Origin: Rhodospirillaceae bacterium | GTDB lineage: Bacteria > Pseudomonadota > Alphaproteobacteria > Azospirillales > Azospirillaceae | Direction of reading: 5' to 3' | Length of the DNA: 64,000 nucleotides | Assembly: GCA_037147415.1 (NCBI GenBank) | Contig: JBAWVF010000004.1 | Location: 1,112 to 65,111 of the forward strand | Shown here: positions 10,692-23,069 of the stretch, in pieces | Numbering within the stretch: the first letter of the stretch is position 1 | Layout: each line of letters opens with the position of its first letter | Translations under genes and position numbers: made by a program | Notes under the pieces: model-generated | Databases searched by the model: none | Seen by the model: only the letters and a program-made list of their open reading frames with translations | Told to the model about the DNA's origin: nothing

Positions 10692-12371
10692 ATGGGAGCC
10701 AGTTTGTCCGCTCTTCCAATGATGGTTCGTATTGTTATTACAGCTTTTCTTGGCATTGTAGTTCTTGGTATCGCTGTTGTCTGGATTGCCGGCGATAATA
10801 TTAGCCGAGAGTTGCATCGTCGCGCAACTGTTCGCCAAGATGCCAATATGCGCATCGCGCTAGAGGTGCTACAATATAGGGGCGCAGAATATAAGGTAGC
10901 GGACGGAAAGTTTTATGCGGGAACGGTGGTCATTAATGACAATTTCGAAGTTGTGGACCGTATTCAAACCTTGATTGGCGGAGTGGCTACAATATTCATG
11001 GGCGACATTCGGGTTTCAACTAATGTTAAAAAACCGGATGGTTCGCGCGCCGTTGGTACGAAACTGGCTCAGGGGCCGGTTTATGAAACTATTTTCCGTG
11101 ATCACAAGTCTTATCGCGGTGAAGCCGATATTCTTGGCGAACCTTATTTTACGGCTTACGACCCGCTTCTGAATGCTTCCGGCGAGGTTATCGGTGTAAT
11201 GTTTGTTGGAGTAAAGCAAAGGGACTTTCTTAGTGTCATTCCGGGGATCGTCTTTAATATTGCTACAGCGGTCGTGGTGGTCGGACTTGTGATTTGCTTT
11301 GTGCTCGGGTGGTTGATCAGCCGTTTGCTTGCTCCCCTGAACTTGATGGAAGATGCCATGCTTCGACTGGCGGAGGGCGATCACACTGTCTTCGTTCCCG
11401 CCTGTGACCGTGGGGATGAAATCGGGCGGATGGGGCGGGCGGTTCAGATATTTAAGGACCATATGATTCGGGCCGATCAACTGACGACCCGGCAGCGGAC
11501 CGAGCAGGAGGCGCGCGAACGCCGTGCCCATTTAATAGAAGGCTACACTTCAGACTTTGATCGGGCGATTTCGGCCGTGGTTCAGGGCGTCACGGCGTCG
11601 GCCACCCAGTTGGAGGCGGACGCCGGAGGGATGACCGGTGCCGCAGACCAAGCAAGCGGCCAAGCATCTGCGGTTGCCGCCGCCGCGAGGGAGGCCTCCT
11701 CTAATGTCGAGACGGTGGCCGCGGCGACTGAGGAATTGACCGCTTCGGTCAATGAAATCAGGCGTCAGGTCGGCGACTCGGCCCGTATCGCTGAAACCGC
11801 GGTTGAAGAGGCCGGGCGGACTAATACAACCGTGGCAGGCTTGTTGGATGCCGCGCAAAAGATTGGCGCTATCGTCCAGTTAATCAATAATATTGCGAGT
11901 CAGACCAATTTGCTTGCGCTTAATGCAACGATTGAGGCGGCCCGCGCAGGGGATGCCGGTAAAGGCTTTGCCGTGGTTGCAAGTGAGGTTAAGAATCTTG
12001 CAAACCAAACGGCAAAGGCAACTGATGATATTCAGGCTCAAGTTGCCGATATGCAGGGTGTAACCGGTAGCGCGGTTGATGCAATTAAGGGAATCGCCGG
12101 CACTATTCGTCGCATGAGTGAAATTACCACGACCATTGCAGCAGCTGTTGACCAGCAGGGCGCCGCAACCAATGAGATTGCACGGAATGTTGAGGCTGCC
12201 TCAAGGCGCACTTTAGAGGTTTCAGATCAAATTGGCGGTGTTACCGAGGCCGCGGGTTCTACCGGAAGGATGGCCGGTCAGACCCTGTCGGCGGCTCGGG
12301 AGTTGAGTGGCCAGGCCGGTCGTCTGCGCACCGAAGTTGACGGCTTTATCGGCCGGGTTCGTGCGGCCTGA
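10692..12371 (+). CDS. Methyl-accepting chemotaxis protein with periplasmic Cache-like sensor and HAMP
   Basis: It has two TM segments flanking a sensor region ([34 protein letters not shown]). A HAMP domain follows ([21 protein letters not shown]). The MCP hairpin core is [40 protein letters not shown]. Confidence 0.93.
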   Translation: MGASLSALPMMVRIVITAFLGIVVLGIAVVWIAGDNISRELHRRATVRQDANMRIALEVLQYRGAEYKVADGKFYAGTVVINDNFEVVDRIQTLIGGVATIFMGDIRVSTNVKKPDGSRAVGTKLAQGPVYETIFRDHKSYRGEADILGEPYFTAYDPLLNASGEVIGVMFVGVKQRDFLSVIPGIVFNIATAVVVVGLVICFVLGWLISRLLAPLNLMEDAMLRLAEGDHTVFVPACDRGDEIGRMGRAVQIFKDHMIRADQLTTRQRTEQEARERRAHLIEGYTSDFDRAISAVVQGVTASATQLEADAGGMTGAADQASGQASAVAAAAREASSNVETVAAATEELTASVNEIRRQVGDSARIAETAVEEAGRTNTTVAGLLDAAQKIGAIVQLINNIASQTNLLALNATIEAARAGDAGKGFAVVASEVKNLANQTAKATDDIQAQVADMQGVTGSAVDAIKGIAGTIRRMSEITTTIAAAVDQQGAATNEIARNVEAASRRTLEVSDQIGGVTEAAGSTGRMAGQTLSAARELSGQAGRLRTEVDGFIGRVRAA

Positions 12372-12463
12372 TGGCGCATTTCTTCTGAATTTTCCTTAAT
12401 TATCAAAGAGGTTGTAATCGGCTTTTCGATCCTCTAATCAGTTGGACTTGGGTAATACGGATT

Positions 12464-12479
12464 TCCGAAAACTTTCGGA
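12464..12479. repeat. Short palindrome tccgaaa-ac-tttcgga, member of a TCCGRA/TYCGGA palindrome set
   Basis: Perfect 7-bp arms located 16 nt upstream of the CYTH/CHAD start codon. It shares the core ttcggacaag with the palindromes at 15547 and 35386. Confidence 0.6.
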
Positions 12480-12494
12480 CAAGTTTCTAACCGT

Positions 12495-14084
12495 ATGTTC
12501 GGGGGTGCCGTGGCTAACGACACTGACTTTGCTTCGCTGGCGGCAACCGGTGCCGCCGGCCGTGAAATCGAGCTGAAACTTTGCACGGAGCCGGAATGTC
12601 TGGCCCGGTTGCTACAGCATCCCGGACTGACCGCGCTGGCGGCCGGGCCACCGGTGGTGCGGCGCCAGACGACGACTTATTATGATACACCAGACCTGCG
12701 ACTGGCCGCTAAAGGCGTGGCGTTTCGGGTGCGGCAGGAAGATGACGGCCGCATCTGCCAAACCGTGAAAACCCTCAACAGTGTTGCCGCCGGTGATAAC
12801 GCCGCGGTTGCGGTTCGGCGTGAATGGGAATGGCCGTTGCCGGACGATAATCCGGACTTTCGAGTCTTGACGGCTCGCGGCGTCGATCAGTTGCTGCCGG
12901 TTGAGGCTCTGCCGGATTTGCAACCGATTTTTGCCAGTGAAATACGGCGGACCACGTTGCTCGTGCGTCCCGATGCGCTGAGTGCAATCGAAGTCGCGTT
13001 TGATGTCGGCGTGGTTCGTTGTGGTTCGCGCTTGCATCCGATATGCGAGATCGAACTGGAACTGCGGGCCGGTGCGCTGGGGCCGTTGTTCGACCTTGCG
13101 CTGGAGCTTCAGGGGGTGGTGCCGCTGCGTATCGCCGCCGATAGTAAAGCCGAAATCGGCTATCGGTTGGCCACCGGAAGACCTTATGTCACCGGAAAGT
13201 CGGAGCCGATGGCGCTGTCGCCCGCAACCGGGGTTGCCGAAGCGTTTCGTCATATCGTGCGCCATTGTTTGCGTCATCTGTTGGCCAACGAGGATTGTGC
13301 GTTGGCGGCGCTGACGGATCCGACAACCGGTGATATTGCGGCGGTGCGTTATCTGCGTCATGGTTTGCGTCGGTTGCGTCATGCTTTGATGTTATTCGCG
13401 CCGGTCATCGCGTCGCCCGATGCCGCCGGCTTTGCCGAACAGTGCCGGATGCTGGGGCGGTTGCTGGCGCCGGCTCGTGATTGGTCGATGGTCGGCCCGG
13501 TGCTGCGTCAGGCCGGGGTGGATGTGCCCGACGGGGCGCCGATTCCCGGGGCCGATTGCCTGGCGGCGCTTGAGGCAACCAAGCGGGCCCGGGCCGCGAT
13601 TTTGGCGCCCGAATTTACCCGGTTGGTGCTGGCCTGTGGCGGCTGGCTTGAGCAGGACCGTTGGAGCGAGCGGGCCGGGGATGAGTTGGTCGCCAAGTTG
13701 GCACAGTCGATTACTGATTATGCCGGGCCATGGCTGGATCAAACCTTCCGTCGGGTGCGCAAGGTTGACTTCGTGCGCGCCGATCCTGCGGAAGTCAAAG
13801 AATTGCGCCGCCGGGTGCGCCATCTGCTTTATGCTGCCGAAGCGTTTCGCGGGCTTTATATGCCGGCGGCGTCTCGGCCGTTTCTGACATCGCTGGCCGA
13901 ACTGCGCGCGGGACTTGACGAGGTCAATGATCTGCGCAAGGTTCGCGATTTGTTAAAGACGAATACGGCCCGCAACTCGGCTCGCGATGCCCGGCTGGAA
14001 CGCGCCTTTCGGGAGGCCTCGGCCCGCTTGTTGGAAGCGGCAAATCGTTTCAGGGACGTGCAGCCTTTTTGGAAGCGCGGGTAA
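12495..14084 (+). CDS. CYTH and CHAD domain-containing protein
   Basis: N-terminal REIELKL matches the ExExK motif of CYTH triphosphate-tunnel enzymes, with EIELEL further on. The C-terminal half is helical and Arg/His-rich (HIVRHCLRHLL, YLRHGLRRLRHAL, RRRVRHLLY), consistent with CHAD. Confidence 0.85.
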   Translation: MFGGAVANDTDFASLAATGAAGREIELKLCTEPECLARLLQHPGLTALAAGPPVVRRQTTTYYDTPDLRLAAKGVAFRVRQEDDGRICQTVKTLNSVAAGDNAAVAVRREWEWPLPDDNPDFRVLTARGVDQLLPVEALPDLQPIFASEIRRTTLLVRPDALSAIEVAFDVGVVRCGSRLHPICEIELELRAGALGPLFDLALELQGVVPLRIAADSKAEIGYRLATGRPYVTGKSEPMALSPATGVAEAFRHIVRHCLRHLLANEDCALAALTDPTTGDIAAVRYLRHGLRRLRHALMLFAPVIASPDAAGFAEQCRMLGRLLAPARDWSMVGPVLRQAGVDVPDGAPIPGADCLAALEATKRARAAILAPEFTRLVLACGGWLEQDRWSERAGDELVAKLAQSITDYAGPWLDQTFRRVRKVDFVRADPAEVKELRRRVRHLLYAAEAFRGLYMPAASRPFLTSLAELRAGLDEVNDLRKVRDLLKTNTARNSARDARLERAFREASARLLEAANRFRDVQPFWKRG

Positions 14085-14186
14085 TCGTGCCCTCTTTTTT
14101 TTGGCCGCGGTCGGGTGCATAATGGCCACCATCCGCCATGACGGGAGTATCGGCGGCCCCGCTTGGCGGCCGTCCGAAGAATGCGC

Positions 14187-15530
14187 ATGAATAAGCTCGA
14201 CGATTTTATCAAGACCCGGCAAATCACCGAGGTTGAGTGTCTGGTTCCCGATATGTCCGGGATTGCCCGCGGCAAGATTGTTCCCGCAGAGAAATTTTTG
14301 CGTATTCTGCGTGACCGCGGGTTACGTCTGCCTGAATCGATTTTCGTGCAGACGGTGACCGGCGATTTTCCCGAAGATGATGACGTTACCAGCAATGAAA
14401 ACTCCGACATCTATATGGTGCCGGACGAAAACACCATCCGTATGCTGCCTTGGTATACCGAGCCGACGGCTCAGGTGATCAGCGACTGCTATTATGCTAA
14501 TGGCAACCCGGTTAATATTTCACCGCGCTGGGTGCTGCGCCGGGTGCTGGAGCTTTACGAGGAGCGCGGATGGCGCCCGATCGTCGCACCCGAGCTGGAA
14601 TTCTTTTTGGTCCAGGTCAACAAAGACCCCGATTATCCGTTGCTGCCGCCGGTCGGGCGCTCGGGTCGGACCGAAAGCGGGCGTCAAGCTTACGGTATTG
14701 ACGCCGTTAATGAATTCGATCCGATCTTTGAAGATGTTTATGATTTCTGTGAAGCCCAGAATATCGATATCGATACGCTGACTCATGAAGCCGGAGTTGC
14801 TCAAATCGAGATTAACTTCAATCATGGTGATGCGCTGGAACTGGCTGACCAGACCTTTCTGTTTAAGCGTACGGTGCGCGAGACTGCCATTCGTCATCAG
14901 GTTTATGCGACGTTTATGGCCAAGCCGATGCAGGATCAGCCGGGAAGTGCGCTTCATATTCACCAAAGCGTAGTTGATAGCAAAACCGGGCGTAATTTGT
15001 TCTCTGATTCTGAGGGCACTGACACGCCATTGTTCATGTCTTATATTGCCGGCCTGCAAAAGTTTTTGCCCGCATCGATGCCGTTATTTGCACCCAATGT
15101 TAATTCTTATCGCCGATTACTGCCAGGCTCGGATGCCCCGATCAATGTGCATTGGGGGCGCGATAATCGCACGGTCGGTTTTCGGGTGCCGGTTTCGGAG
15201 CCGGATTCGCGCCGGGTTGAAAATCGGGTGGCCGGCGCGGATGCCAACCCCTATCTTGCGCTCGCCGCTTCGCTCGCGTGCGGCTATCTCGGCATGATTA
15301 ATGAGATGGAGCCGTCCGATCCGATCAAGGGCACCGCGCACCGACTGGCCTTCACGCTGCCGCGCCACCTGATGGACGCACTCAACAAGTTCAACGCCTG
15401 CAAGCCCCTGCGCGAAGTAATCGGTGAAAAATTCATGGATGCCGTGACCGCAGTCAAGACCAGCGAATATGAAGCCTATCAGCGGGTGATCAGCTCGTGG
15501 GAGCGAGAAAATCTGCTGCTGAATGTGTAA
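14187..15530 (+). CDS. Glutamine synthetase family protein (GlnA-like/gamma-glutamyl-polyamine synthetase type)
   Basis: Supporting motifs are VAPELEFFLV, HEAGVAQIEINF, TFMAKPM..PGSALHIHQSV, NSYRRL and NRVAGADANPYLA. Alternative starts lie at 14163 and 14181. Confidence 0.9.
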   Translation: MNKLDDFIKTRQITEVECLVPDMSGIARGKIVPAEKFLRILRDRGLRLPESIFVQTVTGDFPEDDDVTSNENSDIYMVPDENTIRMLPWYTEPTAQVISDCYYANGNPVNISPRWVLRRVLELYEERGWRPIVAPELEFFLVQVNKDPDYPLLPPVGRSGRTESGRQAYGIDAVNEFDPIFEDVYDFCEAQNIDIDTLTHEAGVAQIEINFNHGDALELADQTFLFKRTVRETAIRHQVYATFMAKPMQDQPGSALHIHQSVVDSKTGRNLFSDSEGTDTPLFMSYIAGLQKFLPASMPLFAPNVNSYRRLLPGSDAPINVHWGRDNRTVGFRVPVSEPDSRRVENRVAGADANPYLALAASLACGYLGMINEMEPSDPIKGTAHRLAFTLPRHLMDALNKFNACKPLREVIGEKFMDAVTAVKTSEYEAYQRVISSWERENLLLNV

Positions 15531-15546
15531 TATAACCGTGCTCGGC

Positions 15547-15572
15547 ATCTGTCCGATGATTTTCGGACAGAT
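15547..15572. terminator. Bidirectional hairpin between convergent genes
   Basis: atctgtccga-tgattt-tcggacagat forms a perfect 10-bp stem. It fills the 43-bp gap between the stops at 15530 and 15574. Confidence 0.55.
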
Positions 15573-15573
15573 A

Positions 15574-17646
15574 CTAGCAGCGGTTATATGCACATTCTAG
15601 ATGTTGTTTAAGGCGTTCTTGGAGTCCGGCAACGGTTGAATGGTAAATTCGCTCCATATCATCAATCATTGTTTCGAGGACGCCGGTGCCGGGAGCTTTG
15701 TTAAGACTGGTGGCGAATCTTGACATGCGTTGAGCCCCGAGATTGCTGGCGTCCCCGTTCAATCTATGGGCGGATTTCCGCAGTGCGTCGCGGTCGCCTG
15801 CCAGCCAGGCCGATTTAATCTCTTGAACCGCTTCCCCCATCGCGACCGGCAGGCTGATGAGCAGAGTACGGAATTCATCTTCGCCTAGAAAATCACAGAG
15901 TTCCCTGATCTGGACTTCATCAAATAAGGGTTCATTCTCATGGGGCTGGTTTTGGTCGAATTCTATGTCCGACCGGGCCGGGACAAGGTCACCGGCCTCG
16001 ATGAGCAGGTCGCTGAGCTTCCATGTCTGCTCCGGGTGCTTGAGAGTCCGGGTGATGGTCCGCAGCAAAGACTTCGCCGTATAGGGTTTGGTAATGTGCT
16101 CGTTCATGCCGGCGGCTAGAATTTGCTCCCGCTGTTCGCGGATACCATGCGCAGTAACCGCAATAATTGGCACGGTGGCCTGCGGTATAGCGAGTCCTCG
16201 AATTATTTTGGCTGTGGTAATGCCATCCATCACGGGCATTTGAATATCCATCAACACCAAATCAAAAGTATCAGCTTGTAATGCATCAAGCGCCATCTGT
16301 CCGTTTTCGACACAGACGGTGCTGTGACCGGCCTTGTGTAATACAGCTTTAATAATAGTTTGATTGATTATGCTGTCTTCGGCCACTAAAACCCGAAGCG
16401 GCGCTTGAAAGTTATCTTCCTCTACAAGAAGAGCGTGGTCTTTATTCTCGACATATCCGGAGCTGCATGGAATTGAAATCCGGAAGGTACTGCCGGATCC
16501 GGCCGTACTGTCAAGTTCAATGGTTCCCCCCATTAATTCACACAGTTTCTTTGAAATAGCCAATCCCAAGCCTGCGCCCCCGAAGCTCCGGGTGAAAGAG
16601 GAGTCTGCTTGAGTAAAGCTTTCGAATATTGCGGATTGGGATTCCGCCGGAATACCGATCCCGGTATCTGCTACGACCAGTCGAAGCTCGCCGGAACATG
16701 CGCTCGGTACATAATCAACCTCGACCCTGATACTGCCCTGTTCGGTAAACTTAATGGCATTCCCGACAATATTAAAAATTATCTGGCGAATTCTGGTGGA
16801 GTCACCGGACAAAATCTGCGGAACATTATCGCGAATGTCTGTTATAAATTCCAGTGTCTTGCGATCGGCCTCAAGCTTCAGTAAGGACAGGGCTTCGCCG
16901 ATAATAGTTGTTGTGCTGAAGTCATCTATATATAATTTGAGTCTTCCGGTTTCACATCTTGAATAATCAAGAATGTCGCTTATAATAGTTTGAAGGCTGT
17001 GCGCAGCATTATCGACAACTGTTGCATATTTTCGTTGAGTATCATTTAGATCGGTATTGAGAAGTACCTCAGTCATGCCGATGATCCCATTCATCGGTGT
17101 GCGAAGTTCATGACTCATCATTGCCAGAAAATCGGATTTAGCGCGGGTTGCCGCCAGCGCGGCATCGCGGGCCTGAACCAGATCGCGATTGGTGGCTTCA
17201 AGCTCGGCGGTGCGTTCGCACACCCGCTTTTCCAGATAAGTATTGAGATAATTGACCGCGTCGGTCTGGAATTTCAGGGTCAAATGGGCTTTGACCCGGG
17301 CGCGCAGGATCGGCGGGCTAATCGGTTTGGTAATAAAATCAACAGCACCAAGCTCTAATGCCCGAGTTTCATAGTCGATATTCGAATGAGCTGTAACGAA
17401 TATAACCGCACCTTCTTTAGTGGCCGGGTTGGATTTCAGGGCGGCACAGACAGCAAAGCCATCCATCACCGGCATTTCGGCATCTAAAAGAATAATATCG
17501 GGTTTTTTTTCTTCAGCAATCCGCAGCGCCTTCTCGCCATTGGTCGCGAAAAATAGCATCGCTTGTCCGGCCAGGATATCGCTCATCAACCGAATGGTGG
17601 TCAGGTCATCGTCGATGATCAGCAGGCGGGGGCGGGTGATGGTCAT
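15574..17646 (-). CDS. Hybrid sensor kinase: REC-HisKA-HATPase_c-REC-HPt
   Basis: The N-terminal receiver is [26 protein letters not shown]. The H-box is [14 protein letters not shown]. Kinase boxes are [19 protein letters not shown] and GGAGLGLAI. The second receiver is [24 protein letters not shown], and the HPt motif is [13 protein letters not shown]. Confidence 0.92.
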   Translation of the reverse strand: MTITRPRLLIIDDDLTTIRLMSDILAGQAMLFFATNGEKALRIAEEKKPDIILLDAEMPVMDGFAVCAALKSNPATKEGAVIFVTAHSNIDYETRALELGAVDFITKPISPPILRARVKAHLTLKFQTDAVNYLNTYLEKRVCERTAELEATNRDLVQARDAALAATRAKSDFLAMMSHELRTPMNGIIGMTEVLLNTDLNDTQRKYATVVDNAAHSLQTIISDILDYSRCETGRLKLYIDDFSTTTIIGEALSLLKLEADRKTLEFITDIRDNVPQILSGDSTRIRQIIFNIVGNAIKFTEQGSIRVEVDYVPSACSGELRLVVADTGIGIPAESQSAIFESFTQADSSFTRSFGGAGLGLAISKKLCELMGGTIELDSTAGSGSTFRISIPCSSGYVENKDHALLVEEDNFQAPLRVLVAEDSIINQTIIKAVLHKAGHSTVCVENGQMALDALQADTFDLVLMDIQMPVMDGITTAKIIRGLAIPQATVPIIAVTAHGIREQREQILAAGMNEHITKPYTAKSLLRTITRTLKHPEQTWKLSDLLIEAGDLVPARSDIEFDQNQPHENEPLFDEVQIRELCDFLGEDEFRTLLISLPVAMGEAVQEIKSAWLAGDRDALRKSAHRLNGDASNLGAQRMSRFATSLNKAPGTGVLETMIDDMERIYHSTVAGLQERLKQHLECAYNRC

Positions 17647-20600
17647 GCGGCACCAACGGAAAGGGATTTCAGAATTTGCGCAGCGGCTTCAAGGTCAAGC
17701 TCTTCCAGCATGCGGTCCAGGCTTTTTCTGTCCCCGAGCGAAAGTCGGGAGAGGATCATCGGGCGGAGTGAACGATATTCGTTAAGAGCGTTCAAATCTC
17801 CATTTTCCAGCAAGCCGATCAACAAATCCAGCTTGGCCGGGGTGATGTCGCCCGAACCGGCTTGCGCTTCGTCATCTTCGGCCATTGTCAGGACCGCTTG
17901 GCTGAATTTAGCGAAGGTGGCGTCCAGTTCGTTCACCATCGGGATCGTCGCGGCCAGCGGTTCGCCGGCCCTCACCGCGGTTTCGATTCGGGAGGCTTGC
18001 TTCGACAACTCAACGGCGGCCAGATTGCCGGCGGCCCCGCGCAGGGTGTGCATGACCCTGGCTGCTTGGTCCAGCCGACCGTTTCTAAGATCGGCACGGG
18101 TCCGCTCGCCGACGCCCTCGAAATCGACGACCATCCGCTTCAGCATCGAGCGCAGCAAATCCGTCTTCCCGCCGACTCGCAGCAACGCCTGGCGCAGGTC
18201 AAGCCCCGGAATATCGAACGAACAGGATTGCAGAGCGGCATCAACTTTACTATTTAATATTTGCGTTGCCGAGCGGTTGGATTTGGCGTCAGTCAGTCGG
18301 CCGACATGGTGCAGGATGGTGTTGACAAGCTGAGGCACATCAAAGGGTTTGGCAACAAAGCCGTTCATCCCGCAGCCCAAGCATTTTTCCTGATCCTCGA
18401 CTCTGACGCCGGCGGTGAGCGCGATGATCGGCAGGTCTTTCAGTTGCAACTCTTCGCGGATCAGGGCGGTTGCGGTGAAGCCGTCCATCACCGGCATTTG
18501 CGCATCCATCAGCACCAGATCGAAGTCGGGGCTATGTTCGGGCCGCAGGCGCTTGACGGCTTCGGTGCCGTCATCGGCGATTTCGACGGTGGCGCCTTCT
18601 TCCTCGAGGATGGCCCGGGCGACATCCTGATTGAGAGTGTTGTCTTCGACCACCAGAATGCGCAGCCCTTCCAACCGGGCCATGGCGATACCTTTGCCCC
18701 GCCGGACCTCGTCCAACAAAGGGCCCAGCCCGCCGTGCCGCCGCGCTTGAACTTCGGCAACAATATTAAGCAGGGCCGACGCGGTCACCGGCTTGACCAG
18801 GACGCCGTCGACGAAGTTGGCTTCCGGCGATTGGAACACCTCTTCGCGGGTGAAGGCGGTGACCATGATCACGATCGGCGGGCGGGTGCCGGCCAGCATC
18901 GCGTCTTCCCGAATTTTTTTGCTGGTTTCCAGTCCGTTCATGCCGGGCATCTGCCAGTCGATCAGCAATAAGTCGTAAGCGGTGCCTTGCTCGACTTTTT
19001 CGTGGAGTCGGTCCAGAGCGTGTTCTCCGGAATCAACGGAATCGGGATGCATGCCGATTGACTCGGCGGTGGCCGAGATATACATCCGCGCGGTCGCGTT
19101 GTCATCGACCACCAGCACTTCAAGATCGGTCAGGATGTGCTCTCGCTCGAGATCGTCTTCGATCGGGCGGCCGATCTGGAAGGGCAGGGTGAACCAGAAC
19201 TCGCTTCCTTTGCCCGGCGCGCTGATCACGCCGATGGTGCCGCCCATCAACTCGACCAAACGCTTGCAGATGACCAGACCAAGGCCGGTGCCGCCAAAGC
19301 GGCGGGTGGTGGTCATATCCGCCTGGGTGAAGGGTTGGAACAGCCGGGCCTGCTGTTCCTCGCTCAAGCCGATTCCGGTGTCGCGGACCGAGAAGCGGAC
19401 CATCACGCAATCGGAGGATTGCTCGGTTAACTCGGCATGAACCGCGACTTCACCGGTTTCGGTGAATTTGATCGCGTTGCCGACCAGATTGACCAGTATC
19501 TGCTGCAACCGGGTCGGGTCACCGCGCAGCCAGTTCGGCACCGGATTGTCGATGCCGATTATGGTTTCCAGGTCCTTGGAGGCGACCGTAACCGACATGA
19601 TGGTGGCCAGCGTGCTGATCACATCGTCCAGGCGAAAATCGATGGTCTCCAGGTCCATGCGCCCGGCATCGATTTTGGAGAAATCGAGGATGTCGTTGAG
19701 GATACCCATCAACGCCTTGCCCGAGATCGAAACCTTGTTGACGCAGTCGGCCTGCTCCGGGGTCAGCGGGGTGCGGGTGAGCAGGTGGGTCAGGCCGAGA
19801 ATCGCGTTCATCGGCGTACGAATCTCGTGGCTCATGTTGGACAGGAATTCGCTTTTCGCCATGTTGGCGTTTTCGGCGGCGGCTTTGGCGGCAGCCATGG
19901 CGATTTCCCGATACTTGCCGGTCACCGTGGTCGAGGTGCCGCGATAGCCGATAAAGCGGCCGTCGGTGTCGTACATGGGGGTGCCGCTGACCGCAGCGAT
20001 TTCCCGTTGTCCGTCCGCCCCCGCCAGATTGAATTCGATTTTACGCCAGGGGCGCCGCTCTTCGATCGCCCGGCCGCGCTCTTCCCAGGCGGCCAGATTC
20101 AGTTGATACTCCTCCGGGGTCGGGGCGAAAACGTCCTTGACTGTCCGGCCGATCAACAGTTCCGTATTGATATAGCTGGAGGATGAGCAAAAGGTAAAAC
20201 GCTCGTTTTTATCGAATTCAAAGAAAAACTCGGCAGAGGATTCAGCGAAATCACGGAAACGCTGTTCTTCGAAACGGGCGCGGCGCTCACTTTCGCGTTG
20301 CGCCGCTTCCAGCCGTTTACGCTCGGTGATGTCGAGCACGACCGCCATCAGGCTGGTGACTTCACCGGTTGCGGATTTGACCGGAATAAAACTGGCGAGC
20401 CAATGGCGCGGGATGCCGGGGGCGCTTGCGGTTTCACCGTGAAGCTCCAGATCCAGAACCGGGATGCCGGTTTCGAATATCGGGGCGATGATTTCCTTCA
20501 GACGATGGGCAAGCGGCGCGGGTAGAATATCCTCCTGTCTGCGCCCGATATGCTCGGCGACCGACATGCCATTGTTCTGCGCCAGCCGGGTGTTGACTCT

Positions 20601-21647
20601 TATATACCGGTAATCACGATCGAACTGGCTGATCGCGACCGGGGCATGCATGAACAGCGTTTCGATTTCGTTCGCCCGTATCCATGCCTCGGCTTCGCTT
20701 CGCTCCGCTCGTAGCGCGACGTCCTCGAGTTTCAGGTTGTTAAAACGCATGCGGGTGCCGACGCAGGCGAACACCATGACGGCAACGATATTTCCCAGTT
20801 CGGCGACCTGTAAGTCGAAAACCACCTTGGCCAGGGCGTCGGCATCGGCCACGATCAACAGGGGGGCAAGCCCGGAGGAAAGCAGGACCAGGGTGCACCC
20901 CAGCCCGGCACCGATCATGCCATAGTAATAAGACAGTATAATCAGTGCAGGAAGAAAAAGATTGAGTTCTCGCTTGATGTCCGGGAAATAAATGAAAAAC
21001 TCGTAATAATTACAGGCTGCAATAACCATGATAAGCGCCAAAAACAGGACAACCCTTTTGCGGGATCGCCAGTTTTGATAATAGCTTTGATTAAATTTTA
21101 TAACCGCGTCACGAAGCGCGATCGCCAAGGGTACGATGATCAGGGCGGAGGGCACGATTGACAATACCCAAGATATCGTGTTGCCGCTCACTTCCGCGAA
21201 CGTGAAATCGTGACCGTAAACGGTGAGCGCGGAGAACAAACCGGCCAGGGGGGCGGAAAACAGGCAATAGCTGATCGCGAGGATGGTGAACCAGCGGATG
21301 CAGTTTTCCGCGCTGATCTCGCCGGCATAGCGGCGGATGATCGCGGCCGGAAGCAAAGCCACCGCGCTGTCGGTGGTGGCGAGAATGACGGAGTCGCGAT
21401 AGGACGAGGTCATCACGAATTCGTTGGGAAAATCACCGAGCCAGGAGCCGATGGCAATGAACGGCCAATGGCGCGGATGGCTCAATACCAGAATCGCGAG
21501 GGTGAAGGCATCCGGCGGCCAGAATACGCAGAGCGCTGTTCCCGGTATCGCAAACAGCGAGCCGAATTTTCCCAAAAGCGCGTAGCTTATCCCGGCGAGC
21601 ACACCCAAACCGATGGACATTACCCCGGTCGGAATTCTGCTTGTCAT
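17643..21647 (-). CDS. Large hybrid sensor kinase: multi-TM (MASE1-like) sensor, PAS repeats, HisKA, HATPase_c, two REC, HPt
   Basis: About 330 aa of TM helices are followed by PAS-like segments. The H-box is [14 protein letters not shown]. Kinase boxes are [19 protein letters not shown] and GGTGLGLVI. Two receivers are present, and the HPt motif is [13 protein letters not shown]. The stop overlaps the downstream kinase ATG (ATGA at 17643-17646). The start was chosen at ATG 21647, which has GGAGGA 9 nt upstream. The ORF track extends to a TTG at 21752. Confidence 0.9.
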   Translation of the reverse strand: MTSRIPTGVMSIGLGVLAGISYALLGKFGSLFAIPGTALCVFWPPDAFTLAILVLSHPRHWPFIAIGSWLGDFPNEFVMTSSYRDSVILATTDSAVALLPAAIIRRYAGEISAENCIRWFTILAISYCLFSAPLAGLFSALTVYGHDFTFAEVSGNTISWVLSIVPSALIIVPLAIALRDAVIKFNQSYYQNWRSRKRVVLFLALIMVIAACNYYEFFIYFPDIKRELNLFLPALIILSYYYGMIGAGLGCTLVLLSSGLAPLLIVADADALAKVVFDLQVAELGNIVAVMVFACVGTRMRFNNLKLEDVALRAERSEAEAWIRANEIETLFMHAPVAISQFDRDYRYIRVNTRLAQNNGMSVAEHIGRRQEDILPAPLAHRLKEIIAPIFETGIPVLDLELHGETASAPGIPRHWLASFIPVKSATGEVTSLMAVVLDITERKRLEAAQRESERRARFEEQRFRDFAESSAEFFFEFDKNERFTFCSSSSYINTELLIGRTVKDVFAPTPEEYQLNLAAWEERGRAIEERRPWRKIEFNLAGADGQREIAAVSGTPMYDTDGRFIGYRGTSTTVTGKYREIAMAAAKAAAENANMAKSEFLSNMSHEIRTPMNAILGLTHLLTRTPLTPEQADCVNKVSISGKALMGILNDILDFSKIDAGRMDLETIDFRLDDVISTLATIMSVTVASKDLETIIGIDNPVPNWLRGDPTRLQQILVNLVGNAIKFTETGEVAVHAELTEQSSDCVMVRFSVRDTGIGLSEEQQARLFQPFTQADMTTTRRFGGTGLGLVICKRLVELMGGTIGVISAPGKGSEFWFTLPFQIGRPIEDDLEREHILTDLEVLVVDDNATARMYISATAESIGMHPDSVDSGEHALDRLHEKVEQGTAYDLLLIDWQMPGMNGLETSKKIREDAMLAGTRPPIVIMVTAFTREEVFQSPEANFVDGVLVKPVTASALLNIVAEVQARRHGGLGPLLDEVRRGKGIAMARLEGLRILVVEDNTLNQDVARAILEEEGATVEIADDGTEAVKRLRPEHSPDFDLVLMDAQMPVMDGFTATALIREELQLKDLPIIALTAGVRVEDQEKCLGCGMNGFVAKPFDVPQLVNTILHHVGRLTDAKSNRSATQILNSKVDAALQSCSFDIPGLDLRQALLRVGGKTDLLRSMLKRMVVDFEGVGERTRADLRNGRLDQAARVMHTLRGAAGNLAAVELSKQASRIETAVRAGEPLAATIPMVNELDATFAKFSQAVLTMAEDDEAQAGSGDITPAKLDLLIGLLENGDLNALNEYRSLRPMILSRLSLGDRKSLDRMLEELDLEAAAQILKSLSVGAA

Positions 21648-21933
21648 TACCCCAATTCCTCCGGCCATCAGGCCAGCCGAACCTGCCGGGGTTCGGCATG
21701 CTGCAATGCAGCATTGCAAACTACTTAATACAAAAGTTCGGGGCGGAGTCAAAGTGCTTTTTTGGAAAACTTGAGGTTCTTTTAACCAAGTCCCTGCTTT
21801 GAAACGCTAATCACTGGTTAGATTTTGCTTGCGGCGGGGCTGGTGTTAAGCCTCTTGTCTTGTTGCTTTTCCTAATGCTAAGGGTTCAGACAAAGCCTCA
21901 CGCGCTCTCACTGCACTGCAAAAAGGAAAGATC

Positions 21934-23061
21934 ATGGTTAAGACGCTTTCGTTCGGTACGGTCCTTGTCGCGGGTGCTTTGCTGGCGGCCCCGGTTTCGG
22001 CTGAGCCCGCCGTCACCGTCGGTGCCATCGAGATTCTGTCCGGGCCGAGCGCCGCCTACGGCACCGCGATCAAGGCCGGGCTGGAACTGGCGTTGGCAGA
22101 GATCAATGCGGCCGGCGGTGTTCTCGGCGGCCGGAAGCTGGAGCTGGTGATCGAGGACTCGGCGGGCAACAAGGATCAGGCGGTCAATGCCGCGCGCCGG
22201 CTGATCGGACAGAACAAGGTGCCGGCCATCATCGGCCCGACCCTGTCCAACGAGATGTTCGCGGTCGGCCCGGTGACCAATGAGCGTAAGGTGGTCACCA
22301 TCGGCACCTCGAACACCGCCAAGGGCATTACCGATATCGGGCCTTATATTTTCCGGACTTCGCTGCCGGAAGCGGATGTGGTGCCGGTGACGCTGGCGGC
22401 GGCCCGCGACAAGTTCGGGGTCAAGACCATCGCGATGATGTACGCCAACGACGACGCCTTCAGCAAATCGGGTTTCGACTCGATGAAGGCGGCGGCGGAC
22501 AAGCTGGGCCTGACCATTGCCGCCATCGAGAGTTTTAGCGGCAAGGATACCGATTTCTCGGCTCAGCTGACCAAGATCAAGGGGCTGAAGGTCGATGCCA
22601 TCACGGTCTCGGCGCTGGTCGAGCCGACTTCGGGCGTGGTGTTGCAGGCCCGTCAACTCGGCATTCCCGCCAGCATCCGTTTTATCGGCGGCAACGGCGC
22701 CAATTCACCCAAGCTGGGCGAGATTGCGGGCGAAGCGGCCGATGGTTTGCTGGTCGGCAGCCCGTGGTTCATCGCCAAACCCGATCCGGCCAATCAGGCC
22801 TTCGTCGCCGGTTTTAACAAGAGCTATGGCAAAGATCCGGACCAATTCGCGGCTCAGGCCTATGATACCTTGCATATTTTGGCCAAGGCGATTGATCGGG
22901 CCGGCAACACCGACAGCGACAGTATCCGTGAATCCTTGTTGAAGACGTCTTATACCGGCGTGATCGGACCGTTCAGCTTCACCGCCGGCCGGGATCCGGC
23001 CTCGACCGAAGGCGTGGTGGTGTTGACCATGCAGGGCGGCAAGTTCCAGATTCTGAAGTAG
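21934..23061 (+). CDS. Branched-chain amino acid (LIV-type) ABC transporter substrate-binding protein
   Basis: A signal peptide is followed by VTVGAIEILSGPSAAYGTAIKAGLELALAEINAAGGVLGGRKLELVIEDSAGN, a typical LivK/LivJ-family N-lobe. Confidence 0.9.
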   Translation: MVKTLSFGTVLVAGALLAAPVSAEPAVTVGAIEILSGPSAAYGTAIKAGLELALAEINAAGGVLGGRKLELVIEDSAGNKDQAVNAARRLIGQNKVPAIIGPTLSNEMFAVGPVTNERKVVTIGTSNTAKGITDIGPYIFRTSLPEADVVPVTLAAARDKFGVKTIAMMYANDDAFSKSGFDSMKAAADKLGLTIAAIESFSGKDTDFSAQLTKIKGLKVDAITVSALVEPTSGVVLQARQLGIPASIRFIGGNGANSPKLGEIAGEAADGLLVGSPWFIAKPDPANQAFVAGFNKSYGKDPDQFAAQAYDTLHILAKAIDRAGNTDSDSIRESLLKTSYTGVIGPFSFTAGRDPASTEGVVVLTMQGGKFQILK

Positions 23062-23069
23062 CGGTTACG

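Noticed and set aside
14085-14120. A T8 run after the CYTH/CHAD gene as an intrinsic terminator.
   Set aside because: No stable GC hairpin precedes the T-run.
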